DNA of 46,456 nt from Candidatus Aerophobota bacterium (GCA_014859225.1 JACUUP010000001.1:1-46456); one strand, 5' to 3'. Positions 1 to 8,327 are shown, counted from the stretch's first letter. Notes: generated from the sequence alone by a model not told the origin. Program-made: numbers and translations.

Positions 1-348
1 CTCCTTTGCTATACATACCTTCATGCGCAGGATGTAAAAGAATTTAAAGGTAATATTCTTCCCTACGGACCGCACCATACATTGAACCTGAATCTTCAGT
101 ATAAACTACAGGACAATCTTCGTACCTACATTGAGGGAAGCCTTATCGGAGAAAGGTATACCAACCGGGAAAATACAGAAAAACTTCCCGCCTACAGCCT
201 GATTGGAACCGGCTTCACATACAAACCAGTCCCTAACATAGAGACGTTCGTCAGGGTAGAAAATCTTCTGGATGTGCGTTACGAGAATATAAACGGCTAC
301 CCGATGCCCGGGATAACGATACGAGGAGGAGTGGATATTGCTTTATAA
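1..348 (+). CDS. TonB-dependent receptor-type outer-membrane beta-barrel, C-terminal fragment (5' end outside window)
   Basis: Frame 1 is open from nt 1 to the TAA at 346-348, so the TTG at 82 in the ORF track is internal. The tail ...FVRVENLLDVRYENINGYPMPGITIRGGVDIAL looks like terminal barrel strands of TonB-dependent receptors. exbB-exbD-tonB follow directly. Confidence 0.6.
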   Translation, partial: LLCYTYLHAQDVKEFKGNILPYGPHHTLNLNLQYKLQDNLRTYIEGSLIGERYTNRENTEKLPAYSLIGTGFTYKPVPNIETFVRVENLLDVRYENINGYPMPGITIRGGVDIAL

Positions 349-392
349 CGTGAAAATTCACAACGTTTATAGTTTCCAAAATAAATAAAGAC

Positions 393-1034
393 ATGCACAG
401 CATGAGTGAAAGGAGGTCTGCCTTGGTAGATTTAGCTCTGAAAGGAGGGATAGTGCTCTGGGTCATTTTCGCTTTTTCCGTTATTTCTTTGAGTATAATC
501 CTGGAAAGAATATACACCTTTAGATGCGCAAAAATGCACCTTCCTCAATTCATAAGGGAAATCAAAGAGTATCTGCAGCAGGGGCGCAAAAAAGATTTGC
601 TTGGCATATGTGAGCGCAAAAAAAGCCCCTTGAGTGGCATTTGCGCTCTGGCAATTCAAAACTTCAAACTGCCTGAGGCGGAAAAAGAAAAAATTATTTA
701 CCAGTTCAGTGCAAGCAAGGTAAGACAACTCGGGATAAGAGTCAAGGCACTGGGAATAATCGGACACATACTCCCACTTCTTGGTTTGCTTGGAACGGTG
801 ATTGGGATGATAAAAACCTTCATGGTAGTTGAAGCTGCCGGTAGCTCCGTTAATCCGGGTATGCTGGCAGGAGGTATCTGGGAAGCCCTCCTGACAACTG
901 CAGTGGCACTGTCTGTAGCCATACCAACTCTGGTAGCCTACCACTACCTGGAAGGAAGGCTGGAAGATTTTTCTTCACAGATGAGTGATGTCGTTTTCCA
1001 CGTGGAAAGAATGTTGAAGGAGAAAAGCCAATGA
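393..1034 (+). CDS. exbB: MotA/TolQ/ExbB family proton channel
   Basis: 213 aa with three TM segments. The conserved C-terminal core is ...LGLLGTVIGMIKTF...GMLAGGIWEALLTTAVALSVAIPTLVAYHYL. Stop overlaps the next start (ATGA). Confidence 0.85.
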   Translation: MHSMSERRSALVDLALKGGIVLWVIFAFSVISLSIILERIYTFRCAKMHLPQFIREIKEYLQQGRKKDLLGICERKKSPLSGICALAIQNFKLPEAEKEKIIYQFSASKVRQLGIRVKALGIIGHILPLLGLLGTVIGMIKTFMVVEAAGSSVNPGMLAGGIWEALLTTAVALSVAIPTLVAYHYLEGRLEDFSSQMSDVVFHVERMLKEKSQ

Positions 1035-1432
1035 AAGAGTTTCTCCGCAAAAAGATACCTCTTTCCCTGGAAATAACCCCGCTGGTTGACGTTGTGCTCC
1101 TCTTGCTCATTTTCTTTTTTATGACCTTTTCCGTGAGCATGCAGAGTATGCAGCTTGATCTTCCCGAGGCTTCGTCTGAAGAGCACGTAGAAGAAGCTTT
1201 AACTATCCTCATTAATCAAGATGGCGAGATTTTCCTGGGAGAGGATAGTATGAACCTTGAGACGCTGCTTCCCTTCTTAAGACAGTTATCTACTGAATAT
1301 GCAACCAGAACTATCAGCATCCAGGCAGATGCCAATGTTCCGCTCAAAGTTGCCGTTCAAGTTATGGATATCTGTCAAAGAGCAGGTTTTATGGGCATAT
1401 CTATAGCCACCAGGAAAGGTGAAAGTAACTGA
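1031..1432 (+). CDS. exbD: ExbD/TolR biopolymer transport protein
   Basis: 133 aa with a single N-terminal TM (ITPLVDVVLLLLIFFFMTF) followed by a periplasmic domain. Overlaps exbB (ATGA) and tonB (TGATG). Confidence 0.85.
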   Translation: MKEFLRKKIPLSLEITPLVDVVLLLLIFFFMTFSVSMQSMQLDLPEASSEEHVEEALTILINQDGEIFLGEDSMNLETLLPFLRQLSTEYATRTISIQADANVPLKVAVQVMDICQRAGFMGISIATRKGESN

Positions 1433-3132
1433 TGCGCTGGATACTACTTTCAATAGCTATACATATCGTGGTGATGAGCGGTGCTCTTTTGTTATTTGGG
1501 CAAAAAACAGTAAAAGAGGAAATAACACTAAACTACCAGTTCAAAGAAACACTTGAACGAGAACCAGCAGGACGTGGAACAGGCGAAATACGAAGGCTAA
1601 ACAATCTTCTATCACGGGATACTCTTTTGTCGGGTGAAGAGGAAATATTCATTCTGGAACAAGAAAGAAAGCTCATTATGCCTGCTCATAAAAATATCTT
1701 GTTAGAACAGGCTGAGCAGCATTTTTCTTTGCCACAAACAATGCAAGAGAAACATTTTGTATATCCAGTTGAAAATAGTCTACATACGGGAACAGCTATA
1801 TCCCCACGTACCCCAACCAGAAACAATGTGGAAACTATACGCCACACAAGCTTTGCCACTCATCCTCCAGAAAAAACACATGTATTAAGTATGTCCAGGC
1901 AGAGCGACGAGGAGAGCGTGCTTTTTCTTACACACCTGCCTGCGGTAAGCACGTCCAGCAAAACTTCCATTCGCTGCGACCCCTCCCTACCCCATCCGGG
2001 CTTGCTTCTAAAAGATGTAGTACCACACACCCCTTCAGAGTCTCCTGCAATCATAAGAACTGCTAAACATGCGTACCCAGAACACGCACATAAAGAAGCG
2101 CTCGCGTCTTTACCCATTCCTGCAGATAGTATCAGCACGAAGAGAGAAGAAACATCCATTCTACAAAAAGAAAAAAACCTCATCACAGTCGCTCAAAAAA
2201 ATATCCCTCTACAACAAGCTCAACATCATTTTCCCTTTCCTCAAGCAATTATGGAAACAAACTTTTCAGATAAAACTGAAAGTAGCCTGTATACGAAAAC
2301 TGCCATATCTCCACGTGCCCCGAGTAAAGAAGATCTGGAGCATCTACGGCGCGCAAGTTTTATATTTCCTCCAGAACACGCACCTGCATCCAGCACATCC
2401 GGGCAAGACGAGCAAAAAAATGTGTTTTTTGCCACACATCTACCTGCGATAACTACATCCACCAAAACTTCCATTCGCTGCCACTCCTCCATACCTTATC
2501 CGGGCTTGCCCGTGGAAGATGTGCTACCAGGCACCTTTTCAGATAATCCTGTGGCTACAAACGCTATTCATAATCCATACCCTGCAAACACCTATAAAGG
2601 AGCGAGTGGTGTTCGCTTCGCACATTTTTTACCAGATACCCTTTGCTCATCTTCTCCTTTATTTACAAAAGCACAAATGCTCACTCAGCAAAGTTTCGGC
2701 GAAGCTATAACCAACAATAGTTTTCCTGCAAAACTTTCCTCTCTAAAGGAAAATCTTTTTTCTCCCGAACAAAGAATCATCCATAAACCTTTTTCTGCAC
2801 TGACAAGCCCGATGAAAAATCAAGAATCTTCCAGCTCACTTACCGGTTACCTGAAGCACATAGTAGCAATTATTGAACAAAATAAAAGATACCCTTCTCG
2901 TGCCCGCAAAGAAGGTATGGAGGGAAGAGTGGGAATACGTTTTGTCATTACCAGAGCGGGAAAGGTGCAAAACTTTAAGCTGCTGGCTCCCAGCAACTTC
3001 CCCGAACTAAACGAAGCTGCAAAAATACTTATAGATAGCCTTTCCCCTTTTCCGCCTTTACCCGAGGATGTGAGCCGGGAAAAAATTACAATAAACATGG
3101 AGGTTGTATATGAACTTCAAGAAGCACCCTAA
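1432..3132 (+). CDS. tonB: TonB family energy transducer with an unusually long, internally duplicated linker
   Basis: 566 aa with an N-terminal anchor (ILLSIAIHIVVMSGALLLF). C-terminal TonB domain: YPSRARKEGMEGRVGIRFVITRAGKVQNFKLLAPSNFPELNEAAKILIDSLSPFPPLP. Third gene of the exbBD-tonB operon. Confidence 0.8.
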   Translation: MRWILLSIAIHIVVMSGALLLFGQKTVKEEITLNYQFKETLEREPAGRGTGEIRRLNNLLSRDTLLSGEEEIFILEQERKLIMPAHKNILLEQAEQHFSLPQTMQEKHFVYPVENSLHTGTAISPRTPTRNNVETIRHTSFATHPPEKTHVLSMSRQSDEESVLFLTHLPAVSTSSKTSIRCDPSLPHPGLLLKDVVPHTPSESPAIIRTAKHAYPEHAHKEALASLPIPADSISTKREETSILQKEKNLITVAQKNIPLQQAQHHFPFPQAIMETNFSDKTESSLYTKTAISPRAPSKEDLEHLRRASFIFPPEHAPASSTSGQDEQKNVFFATHLPAITTSTKTSIRCHSSIPYPGLPVEDVLPGTFSDNPVATNAIHNPYPANTYKGASGVRFAHFLPDTLCSSSPLFTKAQMLTQQSFGEAITNNSFPAKLSSLKENLFSPEQRIIHKPFSALTSPMKNQESSSSLTGYLKHIVAIIEQNKRYPSRARKEGMEGRVGIRFVITRAGKVQNFKLLAPSNFPELNEAAKILIDSLSPFPPLPEDVSREKITINMEVVYELQEAP

Positions 3133-4330
3133 TCTTTGTATTTTGAGGCTATGGGGAGCAGTAGGGGTGTGTGGGCTTTTCATTTTTCTTCTGGCGCCTA
3201 CTCTTTTTGCTGAACAAAATGTCACACTTCACCTCAATTTAGGGGTAGCGTACTACCACCAGCAACAATACGAGAGTGCCGAGCAAGAACTGAAAAAAGC
3301 ACTGACAATTCTACCCGACAGTTTTGAGGCACATTACAACCTGCACCTCGTGTACCTTGCTCAGGGAAAGGTAGCTTTAGCAGAACATGAACTTAAAACC
3401 TGCCTCGCTTTAAATCCCGACTATCCCGAGCTTCACTTTCAACTCGGCAATGTATATTTCTACCAGAAAAAAATGGCTGAGGCTAAAGAAGAGTATCTAC
3501 AAGAGCTTGAGAAAAATCCTCACCACCTTTTTTCCCTGTACAACCTATCTAAACTATACGAGAGCCAAACAATCTGGGAGGAAGCAGAACGGTATTTGAA
3601 TAGAATAGAAAAAATCAATCCTGATTTTCCTGCAATATACGATGAGCTCGGTAAGCTACATTATCTGATGGCAAATACAGAGGAAGCCCTGGTAACTTTA
3701 AATAGAGCACTGGACAAGGGCTCAAATGATATCCACTCCTACATCTACCTTGCAAGAATTTATCAGGAAAAAGAAAACTACAAAGAGGCAAAAGGTGTAA
3801 TGCAAAAGGCAGTTGCAAAGTTCCCCGACAATTTTCACGTTCACATAGAAGCAGGATACCTGCACCTGAAGCTCAAAGAGTATTCTCTGGCAACCGAGTA
3901 CCTGCAAAAGGCTTTAGCCCTCACCCCGGGTGATGTAGCTACCATGTACTATCTTGGCTACATCTACACACAGCTTGAGCAAATAGATGATGCCATAGCC
4001 TGTTACGAATTCATTATAAGCACAAGGGAACAAGGGTATGAGGATACCTACTTTCTCCTTGGTAACCTCTACTACGGAAAAAATGACCTGGACAAAGCTG
4101 CCCATTTATATCTAAAAGAATTAGAGATGAATCCTCAGAATACGGATGCGCTCTTTAATCTTTCTCATACCTACTTTCAGCAGGGAAAGTTAGACGAGGC
4201 AGAAATGAGTTTACGCAAACTCCTTGAAATGAAACCAGACGATACTTCGGCTCATCTATTACTTGGTGATACGTACATGCAGAAGAATATGTACGACAAA
4301 GCAATTGAAGCATACGAGAAGGCTAAGTGA
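3110..4330 (+). CDS. TPR-repeat protein with signal/anchor sequence
   Basis: Repeated 34-aa TPR units (e.g. AHYNLHLVYLAQGKVALAEHELKTCLALNPDY, LHFQLGNVYFYQKKMAEAKEEYLQELEKNP). I prefer the ATG at 3110, which has GGAGG 6 nt upstream, over the track's TTG at 3104. Confidence 0.8.
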   Translation: MNFKKHPNLCILRLWGAVGVCGLFIFLLAPTLFAEQNVTLHLNLGVAYYHQQQYESAEQELKKALTILPDSFEAHYNLHLVYLAQGKVALAEHELKTCLALNPDYPELHFQLGNVYFYQKKMAEAKEEYLQELEKNPHHLFSLYNLSKLYESQTIWEEAERYLNRIEKINPDFPAIYDELGKLHYLMANTEEALVTLNRALDKGSNDIHSYIYLARIYQEKENYKEAKGVMQKAVAKFPDNFHVHIEAGYLHLKLKEYSLATEYLQKALALTPGDVATMYYLGYIYTQLEQIDDAIACYEFIISTREQGYEDTYFLLGNLYYGKNDLDKAAHLYLKELEMNPQNTDALFNLSHTYFQQGKLDEAEMSLRKLLEMKPDDTSAHLLLGDTYMQKNMYDKAIEAYEKAK

Positions 4331-4444
4331 TAAAAACAAAAAAAAGGGGGGGAGGCAGATTTATTTATTGAATGTCAAATACTCAAGACCTGACCCCAAA
4401 AAGACATTTACTAATTAATCTCATAGGATGCACGTTAATAGGTA

Positions 4445-4804
4445 TTATCCAATATACCTCATCCTGTATTTGTCTGGCTCTACTACGCAAAAATACTTAT
4501 GTAATTGTGTTTCAACGTGTTCTCGGAGAACTCGCTTAAGCTCTTTATGTATCTCATTGATACTCATAGGTTTACCTCTCAGTAGAATTACACCTGAGGA
4601 TGAGATTTTCTCAATAAATACAAGAGCACCAAAATCCTTATCCCGTGTAATAAATATCCGATTCGTCTCTTTGGCTTTTTTTAATAGTTCACGGTCTGAT
4701 GCCCTGTGCATCCCAATTTCCCGAGCGGTAACAACATTGTGTCCCAATTTTATCAGATAATCAATTGTTACCTGATAGATATCCTGGTCAATTAAGAAAT
4801 GCAT
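4445..4804 (-). CDS. DUF5615-type PIN-like (Mut7-C-like) putative toxin
   Basis: 119 aa. MHFLIDQDI...REIGMHRASDRELLKKAKETNRIFITRDKDFG is the pattern of DUF5615 proteins that pair with DUF433. Overlaps the upstream gene by 1 nt. Confidence 0.7.
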   Translation of the reverse strand: MHFLIDQDIYQVTIDYLIKLGHNVVTAREIGMHRASDRELLKKAKETNRIFITRDKDFGALVFIEKISSSGVILLRGKPMSINEIHKELKRVLREHVETQLHKYFCVVEPDKYRMRYIG

Positions 4805-5070
4805 TATATCTTTTCAAGGTGAACTTCTTCTGAGCGCACAATATCAGTAGCATAGCTAACGCAAGCCTTAACATCATCGGTATCTAAATCGGGATAATAT
4901 TTAGTTACTATCTCCTCAAACGGAATACCTTCCTGCACTAATTCGAGCACATCCTCTACAGTAATCCGTGTACCGGCTATACAGGGTTTGCCAAAGTGAA
5001 TATTTGGGTCAATAACTATTCTTTCTGTATATTTTTCTTTTTTCGCCATTCTTAAACTCCTTTTCAGCAA
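4804..5070 (-). CDS. DUF433 domain putative antitoxin
   Basis: 88 aa. IDPNIHFGKPCIAGTRITVEDVLELVQEGIPFEEIVTKYYPDLDTDDVKACVSYA matches the DUF433 signature (FGKP.I.GTRI.V..VL). AAGGAG RBS and its own promoter. Confidence 0.75.
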   Translation of the reverse strand: MLKRSLRMAKKEKYTERIVIDPNIHFGKPCIAGTRITVEDVLELVQEGIPFEEIVTKYYPDLDTDDVKACVSYATDIVRSEEVHLEKI

Positions 5071-5088
5071 AACGCATTTACTTTGTTT

Positions 5089-5116
5089 ATTTTAATGCAT
5101 TGAAAAGCACTGTCAA
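5089..5116 (-). promoter_or_regulatory. sigma70-like promoter of the DUF433/DUF5615 pair
   Basis: On the minus strand: TTGACA (5116-5111), 16-nt spacer, TAAAAT (5094-5089), about 20 nt upstream of the ATG at 5070. Confidence 0.5.
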
Positions 5117-5162
5117 TTTGCACAAAAAGAAAATCAGTTGCTATTTTAAAAAAATCCCGCAC

Positions 5163-5855
5163 TTATTCATCTTTGTCCCTACGCTCCTGCACCTTTCTTT
5201 TTATCCTTTCCATCATGTCTTTCAACTTCTGTGTTTGTTTTCGCTCCTCTTCTGTTTTTGGTTCAAGCTCAGGTCTTGTTACTCTCCAGGTAACCTTTCT
5301 ACACACAGCATCTTCAGGATAAGCACCAGGGTCATAAAGAGTGTAGTCCCTGAATTTTGTGGACTTTTCCTGATAACAGGACCATACTGCCTGTCTTATA
5401 ACATCAGGATGCCCCTCATTTAGAAGATTGACGAGGGACACCTGTTTTCTTAACCTTTCCACTATCTCCGAAGGGATATTAAATAGATAAGGTGTTGGAG
5501 CCTTTGCTCCGATAATTTTCTTTCTCTCATCTATCCCATTTTTAAAAAGCTTCATAAGGGCATCACCTGTTGCATGGCCAGGAGATTCAGGTCCGGCAAG
5601 CACAAGATAACGGATATTGGGATTTGCCACCAGGTTACAGACCATCTTCTCTATCCCGATGTTCTCTGTTTGAAGAGTTCCAGATAAGGCGGCTCCCGCC
5701 TCAACTCCCACCCTTACCAGATTTTCAATGTCAGGGGGAATATTATCATAAGGATAGTTCAGAATAATCACCACTGCAACAGGTGATAGGTCATTTCCTC
5801 TCAGGTAATGCCCTTCTTCTGGGGGATAATCAGCCGGGGGTTGAATTTTTCGCAT
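5163..5855 (-). CDS. soluble MtrA-like corrinoid-binding protein (homologue of tetrahydromethanopterin S-methyltransferase subunit A)
   Basis: 230 aa. ...SPVAVVIL...GTLQTENIGIEKMVCNLVANPNIRYLVLAGPESPGHATGDALMKLFKNGIDERKKIIGAKAPTPYLFNIPSEIVERLRKQVSLVNLLNE aligns with my recollection of MtrA ([41 protein letters not shown]...), including the GH histidine. The C-terminus is a K/E-rich tail rather than the membrane helix of MtrA. Confidence 0.75.
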   Translation of the reverse strand: MRKIQPPADYPPEEGHYLRGNDLSPVAVVIILNYPYDNIPPDIENLVRVGVEAGAALSGTLQTENIGIEKMVCNLVANPNIRYLVLAGPESPGHATGDALMKLFKNGIDERKKIIGAKAPTPYLFNIPSEIVERLRKQVSLVNLLNEGHPDVIRQAVWSCYQEKSTKFRDYTLYDPGAYPEDAVCRKVTWRVTRPELEPKTEEERKQTQKLKDMMERIKRKVQERRDKDE

Positions 5856-5874
5856 TAGCTCTCTCTTGTAGAAT

Positions 5875-6309
5875 TTATGCCTCTTTCAGAGCATCTACAA
5901 TTAAGTTTTTTGCCTTCTCCACATCTTCCTGAGAAATATACTCCATTAAGGGTTTTAGACTCTTTCCAATATCCTCATGAAGCGCTTTTTTCTTCATCCC
6001 TATATCTCTTGCCAGGACAAAACTTTTGGTTGGTTTAAATCCTGCCTCTTCCACCACTTTTCTTGAGCACTCACTGGGACATCCATCAACGGTAATTATT
6101 TTCTTTGCTGCCTTTGTCTTACCATGAACGGGAGGCACGCCTACCGGAAGTCCAGCCAGGCATCCTATTGCTACTTTATCAAGACCAACTTCTTTCACTG
6201 CTTCCATGCTGGCAAGCGCTGCAACAATTCCTGTATTAGAGAGTCCTCCAAAGCAGTTAAAAATGATATTTTCATGCGTTGGCATTCCTTCTTTCCATTC
6301 TGGCATCAT
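5875..6309 (-). CDS. DGC-domain putative zinc-binding protein
   Basis: VDGCPSEC (the DGC motif) plus two further Cys (NCFGG, IGCLAG). I prefer the ATG at 6309, which follows AAAGGAGGAAGA. That ATG overlaps the stop of the upstream thioredoxin-fold gene (ATGA). The track start at 6327 would overlap by 22 nt. Confidence 0.65.
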   Translation of the reverse strand: MMPEWKEGMPTHENIIFNCFGGLSNTGIVAALASMEAVKEVGLDKVAIGCLAGLPVGVPPVHGKTKAAKKIITVDGCPSECSRKVVEEAGFKPTKSFVLARDIGMKKKALHEDIGKSLKPLMEYISQEDVEKAKNLIVDALKEA

Positions 6310-6545
6310 TCTTCCTCCTTTAACCATTTCTTTATTTTATCAGGTGAGGCAATCTCCCCTGAACATTTAATTTTGCCATCAATGGCAAGCGCCGGAGTCA
6401 TCATCACCCCGAACTTACTAATTTCTCGTACATCTTGCACCTTTTCAATCTCGGCTTCAATACCAAGCTCTTCAATTGCTTCCCTGGCATTTGCCTCTAA
6501 TTTCCTGCATTTTGCACAACCTATTCCAAGGACTTGGACTTTCAT
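6306..6545 (-). CDS. small thioredoxin-fold protein (redox-active disulfide protein 2 / Thioredoxin_3 type)
   Basis: 79 aa. MKVQVLGIGCAKCRKLEANAREAIEELGIEAEIEKVQDVREISKFGVMMTPALAIDGK has the CxxC (CAKC) and the family's typical layout. Confidence 0.8.
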   Translation of the reverse strand: MKVQVLGIGCAKCRKLEANAREAIEELGIEAEIEKVQDVREISKFGVMMTPALAIDGKIKCSGEIASPDKIKKWLKEEE

Positions 6546-6577
6546 ACTATCACCCTCCTTACGGTGTTTTTTTTATT

Positions 6578-7612
6578 TTAAAATACAAATGTTCCAAAAA
6601 TCATCCCGATAAAAGTGGACATAATAACAACTAAACCTATGTAAACAAGTGCCCTCTTTGTCCCCATAATACTTCTTATCACCAGCATATTAGGAAGGGA
6701 AAGTGCAGGCCCTGCAAGAAGAAGAGCCAGGGCAGGCCCTCGTCCCATACCCAAATCAAGAAAAGCTCTTAAGATGGGAACCTCGGTTAAGGTGGCAAAG
6801 TACATAAGAGCCCCGGCAACTGATGCTATGAAATTAGACCTTAGGGCATTTCCTCCCACCCAGGTCCTTATCACCTCAGGTGGTAAATACTCCCTGATTA
6901 TCCCGGCAGCAAACACTCCCACAAGAAGCCAGGGCAAAATAAGCCTGGTAAACTGCCAGGTTGCGGCAAGCCAGGATACAACTTCCTCTTTGCTGAACCA
7001 GAGCTTCAGCAGGATGACCAGGAAAACAAGTAACGCCACCACTATCCACCACCTCCCCCAGGCACCAAAAATGAGAATTGCTACGAGGTCGGCAAAAAAC
7101 AAAAGGGTTACAAGGGGATTTTTCCGGGAATCGTCAGTATCAGCTGTAAGGACAAACTCCTTTTTCTTCCCTTTCTCCCTTTTTTCCTGGAATAATTTTG
7201 CCATTATAAGTCCAATAATGATGGAAAAGCCAACTGCTCCAATTGCTCGTGCTATACCAAGCTCTATCCCTAAAAGACGTGCAGAGTAAATAATGGCAAG
7301 AAGGTTGATGGCAGGCCCTGAGTAGAGAAAAGTCGTGGCAGGGCCTATGCCTGCTCCCATAGTATATATCCCGGAGAAAAGGGGAAGAATCGTGCAGCTA
7401 CACACAGCAAGCACTGTTCCTGCAACCGATGCGATAGCGTAGGATAGGAATTTATTGGCAGATGGACCAAAATATTTTAAAATTACCTCCTTTTTGACCA
7501 TGCTGCTTATTGCCCCGGCTATGAAAAATGCAGGAACAAGACAGGTCAAAACATGAGCCGAGAGATACTCAAGTAGTGCCCTTGCCCCTGATAAGAAAAC
7601 GGATACGAACAT
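6578..7612 (-). CDS. ArsP-like (PF03773/DUF318-type) permease
   Basis: 344 aa and polytopic. AVCSCTILPLF keeps the vicinal Cys pair of the ArsP TPFCSCS motif. Lies immediately downstream of arsR. Confidence 0.75.
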   Translation of the reverse strand: MFVSVFLSGARALLEYLSAHVLTCLVPAFFIAGAISSMVKKEVILKYFGPSANKFLSYAIASVAGTVLAVCSCTILPLFSGIYTMGAGIGPATTFLYSGPAINLLAIIYSARLLGIELGIARAIGAVGFSIIIGLIMAKLFQEKREKGKKKEFVLTADTDDSRKNPLVTLLFFADLVAILIFGAWGRWWIVVALLVFLVILLKLWFSKEEVVSWLAATWQFTRLILPWLLVGVFAAGIIREYLPPEVIRTWVGGNALRSNFIASVAGALMYFATLTEVPILRAFLDLGMGRGPALALLLAGPALSLPNMLVIRSIMGTKRALVYIGLVVIMSTFIGMIFGTFVF

Positions 7613-7669
7613 TCATTTCTCCTTTTTATGATTCAATGGTCAGCTTAGCATATAGTGTGCAAAAAAATT

Positions 7670-7981
7670 TTAAGTTAACAGGGCCATTTTTTCCTTTACC
7701 AGTTTTTTTACAAAAGATAAAACAAGCTCAAGTATTTTAAACACATTGTCATCCTGCACCCGGTAGTAAACACTTACTCCCTCCTTTCTTGAGGAAAGTA
7801 TCCCGGCTCTTTTTAAAGCAGCAAGATGACGGGAGACATTGGATTGCTCTTCTCCTAAGTAAGGAAAAATCTCGCACACACATCTTTCCCCTTCCCTCAG
7901 GTAGTTAACAATTCTTATTCTTGTGGGATGCGAGAGTGCCTTCAAATACTCAGCCTGTGCCTCATACACCCTCTGGTTCAT
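7670..7981 (-). CDS. arsR: ArsR/SmtB family metal(loid)-responsive repressor
   Basis: 103 aa. LKALSHPTRIRIVNYL...ERCVCEI...SNVSRHLAALKRAGIL is a winged HTH with the CVC alpha-3 site of As(III)-type ArsR. Confidence 0.9.
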   Translation of the reverse strand: MNQRVYEAQAEYLKALSHPTRIRIVNYLREGERCVCEIFPYLGEEQSNVSRHLAALKRAGILSSRKEGVSVYYRVQDDNVFKILELVLSFVKKLVKEKMALLT

Positions 7982-8000
7982 TTCATTCTCCTTTTATGCT

Positions 8001-8052
8001 TTTATGATTAGATGCTCATAAAGTATTATAAATAAAATTATACTACTGTCAA
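8001..8052 (-). promoter_or_regulatory. arsR (cassette 1) promoter and putative operator
   Basis: On the minus strand: TTGACA (8052-8047), 16-nt spacer, TATAAT (8030-8025). The inverted repeat TTTATGA-N8-TCATAAA (8001-8022) lies just downstream of the -10. The same architecture recurs at cassette 2. Confidence 0.55.
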
Positions 8053-8058
8053 GAATCA

Positions 8059-8097
8059 GGCTCTCTCACCTATAAAACAGGAGTGGTGGCTATTTTT
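8059..8097. repeat. 39-bp direct repeat, copy 1 (flanks the HEPN/MNT insert)
   Basis: GGCTCTCTCACCTATAAAACAGGAGTGGTGGCTATTTTT matches 9356-9394 at 38 of 39 positions. Confidence 0.9.
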
Positions 8098-8327
8098 AGC
8101 AGTATTTGCCTCCAAAGCGAGCAAAAAGGGGCAGATTACGCTTGTTCATTTTTTTTTAAACTGTTGTTTTAACCCACACGAAGGACAAACGCAGGACCTG
8201 GCAATACGAGGTTTAATAACCTTAATCCGCAGTTCCTTGCTATCTTTAGACACTTGATGCTCCCTTCTTTTTGGTAGGAGGTGATTTAAAAACCTGGTTT
8301 TCCCCATGGAAAAAATATGCTAAAAAA

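Noticed and set aside
432-1212. Antisense ORFs inside exbB/exbD (432-944, 698-922, 850-1212, 944-1186, minus strand)
   Set aside because: They fully overlap well-supported plus-strand genes, have odd composition (Cys/His/Trp-rich or low complexity) and have no RBS.
2069-2452. 127-aa K-rich plus-strand ORF (and several minus ORFs) inside tonB
   Set aside because: This is an alternative frame of the repetitive TonB linker. It has no RBS, is low complexity, and the TonB frame is continuous from the membrane anchor to the C-terminal domain.
5163-5855. The MtrA-like protein or the Fe-S domain protein as HgcA/HgcB (mercury methylation)
   Set aside because: HgcA derives from the CFeSP corrinoid domain with a cap-helix N(V/I)WCA(A/G)GK motif and C-terminal TM helices. 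Neither feature is present here, and no 2x[4Fe-4S] HgcB ferredoxin is adjacent. The analogy is conceptual only.
6124-6612. 162-aa plus-strand ORF across the DGC/thioredoxin genes, and its twin at 15730-16092
   Set aside because: These are shadow ORFs opposite conserved minus-strand genes. They recur at both cassettes only because the underlying genes are paralogous. The Ser/Phe/Ile-rich composition is unlike real proteins.
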